Source: Pseudobdellovibrionaceae bacterium
GTDB taxonomy: Bacteria; Bdellovibrionota; Bdellovibrionia; Bdellovibrionales; Bdellovibrionaceae
Assembly (NCBI GenBank): GCA_044359815.1
Contig: JBIKLL010000007.1
Location: 1 to 64,000, forward strand
DNA length: 64,000 bases
Reading direction: 5' to 3'
Within the stretch, counting starts at the first letter, position 1. Every line of letters starts with the position of its first letter. Of this stretch, positions 59,399-64,000 are shown piece by piece. The notes under the pieces are model-generated. The model was not told the origin of the DNA. It worked only from the letters and a program-made list of their open reading frames with translations, and did not search any database. A program made the translations under genes and the position numbers.

Positions 59399-59536
59399 TC
59401 TTGAATCTTAATCTACAATTATTTATTCCTTTAATGTTTCAACAGCAAAATTGACCAGCGATCCATCCGCTTTATAAAATAACCTGGACTTAGAAAATAT
59501 TTTTTAACTTTCAAAAAAATTATTTAAAGGATTTTT

Positions 59537-59701
59537 ATGAAAAAGCTTTGGATTAGAGTTATTTTGATGGTGATAGGGTTGATTGCGGTGGTGATGCTGC
59601 AACAAAATTTAAAAAACAATGACTCATCAAAAAATCAAAATCTGCTAATCAATAGTGACAATCAAACGATACCTGCCAAAGTAGTTATCGAGCAAAAATA
59701 G
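59537..59701 (+). CDS. 54-aa single-TM small protein (not in the ORF track)
   Basis: MKKLWIRVILMVIGLIAVVMLQQ...; AAGGA SD; TTGACC-N18-TAAAAT upstream. Confidence 0.6.
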   Translation: MKKLWIRVILMVIGLIAVVMLQQNLKNNDSSKNQNLLINSDNQTIPAKVVIEQK

Positions 59702-59740
59702 ATCTTGGGGCTTTAAGTCAAAACTTCTTGAGGAAACTAA

Positions 59741-60865
59741 ATGTTAAGCTCAATTTTGGTTAGCAAGGACAATTCTAAAAAATCAGTGATTCTGGAAATC
59801 ACAGATCAAAATATTACAGTTTGGAATCAAGAAAAGAATGAAAGACTCCACACACTCAGTTGTCATTCTGTCGGCCTGAGCTTTGGAGGCAGTCAGGATC
59901 GATTGTTGTTTTTCAATACACCTGAATTATCGGGTGCCAGTTTGTACTGCGAAAAAAGCAAAATGCTAAAAACAGAGCTTGGAAAATCAACACATTTAAC
60001 CAAGCTTTATCAGGACTCGGCTAAAAGCAAATTTCATTTTAATACTATTGAAATGGCTACGATAGTCGGGGCCATAGTGATTTTTGTGTCATTGATTGTT
60101 TTTAGGGGGCCGATTTTTGGTGGAATTGCGTATTTAATCCCGTTTTCCGTCGAAAAATCCATAGGGGATTCTGTATTTAATCCTCGCATGACCTCCGAAC
60201 AGAAAGAGACAGTAGAACAGTTAAAACTTTTGGTTTCTGAAATTAAGTTTACAGATGAAAAATGGAACAACCAGTTCACAGTGCATTTATCGTCAGAAAC
60301 AGTAGCTAATGCGTATGCGACAGTTGGCGGGCATATTTTCATCAATAAAGGTTTAGTTAGTTTAGTCGAAACACCCGAACAACTTTTAGGTGTTGTGGCT
60401 CACGAAATGATTCACGTTAAAAACCGTCACGTAGCCAGATCTGTTTTTCAATCATTGGGGCTTTATGCTTTGCTGCAGTTTTTAGTGGGTGATTTTACTG
60501 GGATTGCAGCGGTGTTGGTGGATCAAGGCGGTCCATTATTGCAACTGCAGTATTCTAGAGGATTGGAAGACGAGGCCGACCAAGAAGCAATAAAGGTTTT
60601 GATACAAAACCGAATTAACCCCATCGGGCTGAGTCAGTCCCTAGCAAAAATGAATGCCGAATCAAAAAAACTGATCCAGCAGTCGCCTACCCCTGAATTA
60701 TTAGGTAAATTGCAGAAAATTGAATTGCTGAGTTCGCACCCCGAGATCGAAAAAAGAATAGCCTCATTGCTGGAGCAAGCCGAAAAATTAACAGCGGAAA
60801 TAGAAATCAGAAAATTAGATTTTGATTTTAAGAAATTTCAATCACAAGTTAAGGAGAATTTTTAA
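59741..60865 (+). CDS. M48 family metallopeptidase
   Basis: NAYA..GG, AHEMIH, YSRGLEDEAD, SSHP...RI. Confidence 0.92.
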   Translation: MLSSILVSKDNSKKSVILEITDQNITVWNQEKNERLHTLSCHSVGLSFGGSQDRLLFFNTPELSGASLYCEKSKMLKTELGKSTHLTKLYQDSAKSKFHFNTIEMATIVGAIVIFVSLIVFRGPIFGGIAYLIPFSVEKSIGDSVFNPRMTSEQKETVEQLKLLVSEIKFTDEKWNNQFTVHLSSETVANAYATVGGHIFINKGLVSLVETPEQLLGVVAHEMIHVKNRHVARSVFQSLGLYALLQFLVGDFTGIAAVLVDQGGPLLQLQYSRGLEDEADQEAIKVLIQNRINPIGLSQSLAKMNAESKKLIQQSPTPELLGKLQKIELLSSHPEIEKRIASLLEQAEKLTAEIEIRKLDFDFKKFQSQVKENF

Positions 60866-60869
60866 ACAT

Positions 60870-61535
60870 ATGAAAACAGAATTGTTGGGATCATCATCAT
60901 TTAGGATGATCAAATTATCAATATCATCAGGTGACAGTGTAACTGTTGAACCTGGCGCGATGGCCAGTCAGGACGTAGCCGTTGAATGTGAAACTAAAAT
61001 GAATGGCGGTTTCATACAGGCCTTGATTGCAAAGTTTTTGGGTAAAGAAAGTTTTTTTATTAACATTTTCCGAAATGAAACGTCACAGGACAGAATTGTT
61101 TATCTGTCGCAGCCAACCCCAGGTGAAATTATTGAAAGACAGCTAAATAACGAAACCATATTTTTGGAACGGGGATCATTTATTGCCAGAACCGGATCAA
61201 TATATAGCTCTGTCGCATGGGCAGGATTTTCCAGTTACATAGCGGGTGAGGGGTTATTTAAGTTGTGTTTTCGAGGTACCGGAACAATTTGGTACGGCGC
61301 CTATGGCGCAGTTATCGAAAAAGAAATGGTCGGCGATATGGTTGTGGATTCAGGGCATCTACTTTCCTATCCACCTACGGTTAGGTTGCGAATCGGACTT
61401 TCGGGTGGTTTGTTTTCAAGTTTTTTTTCAGGGGAGGGTTTTGTGTTAAGGCTTTCCGGTAGCGGAAAAGTGATTTTGCAAACTCGCAGTGTAAAAGGAT
61501 TAGCGCAGTGGCTGAATCCAAGGTTCTGGGGGTAA
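60870..61535 (+). CDS. AIM24/TIGR00266 family protein
   Basis: EPGAM, ESFFIN.F, GEGLF, VDSGH, SGEG.V, LQTR. Confidence 0.88.
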   Translation: MKTELLGSSSFRMIKLSISSGDSVTVEPGAMASQDVAVECETKMNGGFIQALIAKFLGKESFFINIFRNETSQDRIVYLSQPTPGEIIERQLNNETIFLERGSFIARTGSIYSSVAWAGFSSYIAGEGLFKLCFRGTGTIWYGAYGAVIEKEMVGDMVVDSGHLLSYPPTVRLRIGLSGGLFSSFFSGEGFVLRLSGSGKVILQTRSVKGLAQWLNPRFWG

Positions 61536-61537
61536 AT

Positions 61538-62218
61538 ATGAAAATTGAAACACGTTATGCCCCTGCTGGCACAATTGCAGTTTGCCAAATGCAAGCCGGT
61601 GATAAACTGGTCGCTGAATCAGGAGCATTTTTAGCATCACGCGGAAATATTGATATTAAAACCACTATTCGGCAGAAAAAGGGCGGAGGCATATTTTCTG
61701 GATTAAAACGATTGGTCAGTGGTGAATCTTTTTTTATCAATCACTTTACTGCTGGTGGCAGCAGTGAACTGTGGTTGGGAACTCAGCTGCCAGGTGATAT
61801 TTTGGTGCATGAACTCAATGGAGATAAATTAATCATTCAGGGTGGCAGTTATGTAGCCTGCGAACAAGAAATCAACATTGATCTGGAGTGGCAGGGTTTG
61901 AAATCCATATTTTCTGGCGAGAGCTTGTTTTGGGTAAAAGCTGAAGGCAAGGGCCGTGTGATTTTGGGCAGTTTTGGTTTTATTTATCCAGTGCAGGTTG
62001 ACGGCGAATACATTGTGGACACGGGTCATATTGTGGCATTTGAACAAACATTAAATTTTACGATCTCAAAAGCCAGCAAGACTTGGTTTCAAGCCTATTT
62101 TGGTGGCGAAGGTTTTGTTTGTCGATTCAAAGGTCGCGGCACAGTATGGTGCCAAAGCCATAACCCCAGAACATTTGGTCAAGAGCTTTATCCTTATTTA
62201 AGACCCAGAAAGGGATAG
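61538..62218 (+). CDS. AIM24/TIGR00266 family protein
   Basis: AESGA, SGESFFINHF, VDTGHIVAF, GGEGFVCRF.G.G. Confidence 0.9.
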   Translation: MKIETRYAPAGTIAVCQMQAGDKLVAESGAFLASRGNIDIKTTIRQKKGGGIFSGLKRLVSGESFFINHFTAGGSSELWLGTQLPGDILVHELNGDKLIIQGGSYVACEQEINIDLEWQGLKSIFSGESLFWVKAEGKGRVILGSFGFIYPVQVDGEYIVDTGHIVAFEQTLNFTISKASKTWFQAYFGGEGFVCRFKGRGTVWCQSHNPRTFGQELYPYLRPRKG

Positions 62219-62227
62219 GAAGTAAAA

Positions 62228-62890
62228 ATGAAATTTCAAATTGAACAAAGACACGAATATGCTTGGCTCAATATTCAAGTTCCCAAAGATCAGAAATTAT
62301 TTGTGGAAGCTTCTTCGATGGCTGCGACTTCATCAAATATGAAAATGCGCGCACTATTTAAGGGTGGACTCAGAAGATTTTTGTCCCGAGAAAGCCTGTT
62401 TATTTCTGAATTTACTGCCTCTGGTATTGATGGCGAAGTCAGCATTGCACCGGGACCAAGCGGCGATATGGGCCACTACAAATTGGAAAACAATAATTTT
62501 TATATAGCCTCAACAGGGTATGTGGCGCACACGGAAGGTGTAAACTATGAAACTAAATTTCAAAAACTCAGTCAGGGGCTTTTGAGCGGCGCTGGATGGT
62601 TTTTGGTAAAGATGTCAGGTCAAGGTGACGTTTGGTTTAATTCTTACGGTGCTTTGTTGGAAATGGATGTCACAGATGATTTGGTTTTGGATAACGGTCA
62701 CATTGTGGCTTTTACCGAAGGTGTGGAATACGACATCATAAAATTGGGCGGGTATAAGTCTTTGTTTTTTAGTGGTGAGGGTTTTGTCTGTAAATTTAGA
62801 GGTAAAGGCAAAGTCTATGTTCAAACTAAAAAGCCAGCGGCATTGATTGGCTGGGCTCAAGCGTTTAGGCCTGTGCAAAATTCAAATTAA
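62228..62890 (+). CDS. AIM24/TIGR00266 family protein
   Basis: ESLFISEF, DNGHIVAF, SGEGFVCKF.G.G.VYVQT. Confidence 0.9.
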   Translation: MKFQIEQRHEYAWLNIQVPKDQKLFVEASSMAATSSNMKMRALFKGGLRRFLSRESLFISEFTASGIDGEVSIAPGPSGDMGHYKLENNNFYIASTGYVAHTEGVNYETKFQKLSQGLLSGAGWFLVKMSGQGDVWFNSYGALLEMDVTDDLVLDNGHIVAFTEGVEYDIIKLGGYKSLFFSGEGFVCKFRGKGKVYVQTKKPAALIGWAQAFRPVQNSN

Positions 62891-63002
62891 AATTTGACGC
62901 CATATGGCCAAAATGACTGTTCCCTGTGGGTCACGGGTTAGGAAGGCACAAAATTCGAAAAAGTTTGGTGCCACTTTTAAAATAGTTCTGTGATCAGGAA
63001 TC

Positions 63003-63031
63003 TTGACAAGAAATGAAGGCTCACCTAGTTT
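63003..63031 (+). promoter_or_regulatory. Sigma70 promoter of tRNA-Asn
   Basis: TTGACA-N17-TAGTTT, 30 nt before the tRNA. Confidence 0.65.
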
Positions 63032-63060
63032 CAGATTTCTGCCAATTTTGAGTCGTAAGT

Positions 63061-63136
63061 TCAGGAGTAGCTCAGCTGGTAGAGCAAGCGGCTGTTAACC
63101 GCTTGGTCGGGGGTTCGAGTCCCTCCTCCTGAGCCA
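63061..63136 (+). tRNA. tRNA-Asn(GTT)
   Basis: 76-nt cloverleaf, anticodon loop CTGTTAA, GGTTCGAGTCC T arm, encoded CCA. Confidence 0.97.
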
Positions 63137-63311
63137 ATTTACATAAATAAATAATTTAGATAATTACCTTCACTTCAAAAATGAGTTCAGTTCGAAGTGC
63201 CAGTGACACTTCGACAGGCGCGTTAAGCGCCGAGCACCGCTGTCTGAGGCTTTTGAAGTGAAGGTAATTATCTAAATTATTTATTTATGTAAATTGGCTC
63301 AGGAAGAGGGA
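63120..63311. repeat. Long palindromic element: 61-bp inverted arms (1 mismatch) around a 70-nt structured core; the left arm includes the tRNA 3' end
   Basis: 63120-63180 is the reverse complement of 63251-63311 except at 63126/63305. Confidence 0.95.
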
Positions 63312-63371
63312 TGAGAATTTTGATCGGCTTTTTGTGTACTCAAAAAGGCCAATTAGTGATTAAATTTTTTT

Positions 63372-64000
63372 ATGAAAAAACACTTTATATTCTTAAGCAC
63401 AATTTTGCTTTTCGGCTGTGCCTCGCGCCAAATTGACCAGAAAAAACCAGATCCTGTGGCGACCTATGTAACCATCAGTCATGTGACCACTGACACGTGG
63501 GAAATTGAACTGAAATTTTCAAAACCCATTTCGCAATATTTGTTTACCAGACAGCAAAGTCAATTTAGACGGGAACAGTTTAAATCTTTACCCAGCGGGG
63601 CAAAAATAGATTTGATCCAACGTAAAGAACTGTTGGATTTTGTGATTCCTACTAACAGCGTGAAATTTCAAGTTACAACGTTCACCGACCATGTTGCAAA
63701 AGACTATGAAATGTTCAGATTACTTTCAGACGGTGGCGTGGCCTTGTACACTGGGCATTTTGAAGGGATTCCTTTTGAAAAAGACGAGCAAGGTGTAGCA
63801 AAAGAACTGCCTCGATCAGAAACGTATTACAGATTTATCCCCCTAAAGACTGAAAAAGTAATACAAAATTCAGTGGCATCTGAATTAGGAAATTCAGCAG
63901 GGTGGGAAGATAAAAAATCTAAAGGAACCTTTGTTTATTTTGGTAATGCGGAACTAAAAATCACAGCCGAATTTTCAGCAGTAGTTGAACCTAAAATTCC
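63372..64000 (+). CDS. Hypothetical lipoprotein (3'-truncated by window edge)
   Basis: MKKHFIFLSTILLFGC lipobox; no stop seen in the portion translated. Confidence 0.7.
   Translation, partial: MKKHFIFLSTILLFGCASRQIDQKKPDPVATYVTISHVTTDTWEIELKFSKPISQYLFTRQQSQFRREQFKSLPSGAKIDLIQRKELLDFVIPTNSVKFQVTTFTDHVAKDYEMFRLLSDGGVALYTGHFEGIPFEKDEQGVAKELPRSETYYRFIPLKTEKVIQNSVASELGNSAGWEDKKSKGTFVYFGNAELKITAEFSAVVEPKI

Noticed and set aside
59198..59454. ORFs 59198-59380 and 59242-59454
   Set aside because: They overlap tRNA-Phe and are spurious.
304..62878. Numerous 60-170 aa ORFs nested in or antisense to housekeeping genes
   Set aside because: They have no motifs or translation signals and are explained by the codon structure of the real genes.
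63295..63311. Second copy of the tRNA-Asn 3' end as a prophage/ICE att site
   Set aside because: It is inverted rather than direct, lies only about 160 nt away, and there is no integrase in the window.

Overview
An AT-rich bacterial chromosomal segment made up mostly of housekeeping genes. Gene content and order suggest a Bdellovibrionota/deltaproteobacteria-like organism (inference). The main blocks are nuoN, lon with two DksA/TraR genes, lpoA/dnaJ-class/grpE/hemW, tatBC, an acyl-CoA carboxylase, deoC-pdp-punA, pilT, rng-rplU-rpmA-obg-nadD/rsfS-rlmH, lolA-rimO, mdh-sucCD-ndk-rlmD-TPR-rodZ, a duplicated-subunit Mla/Mce ABC system, a CBS/CGL pair, an M48 protease with three AIM24 genes, tRNA-Phe and tRNA-Asn. 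I found no transposase, integrase, CRISPR array or recognisable defence system. The most unusual non-coding signal is two long palindromic elements (1040-1222 and 63120-63311). Each has 61-bp AT-rich arms unrelated to the other's, around a more GC-rich core, and both cores share AGGCG-hairpin-CCGAGCA. One arm of the second element is an inverted copy of the tRNA-Asn 3' end. Other highlights: an unannotated 25-aa Lys-rich microprotein gene with its own SD and terminator; a divergent PduT-like (BMC) orphan coupled to rimO; a tandem Zn-finger/Zn-less DksA pair with GGA hairpins upstream of lon; an MlaF with degenerate catalytic motifs; and a GT-C glycosyltransferase coupled to a RodZ with a mucin-like linker. 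All family calls come from motif recognition by eye; no searches were run.
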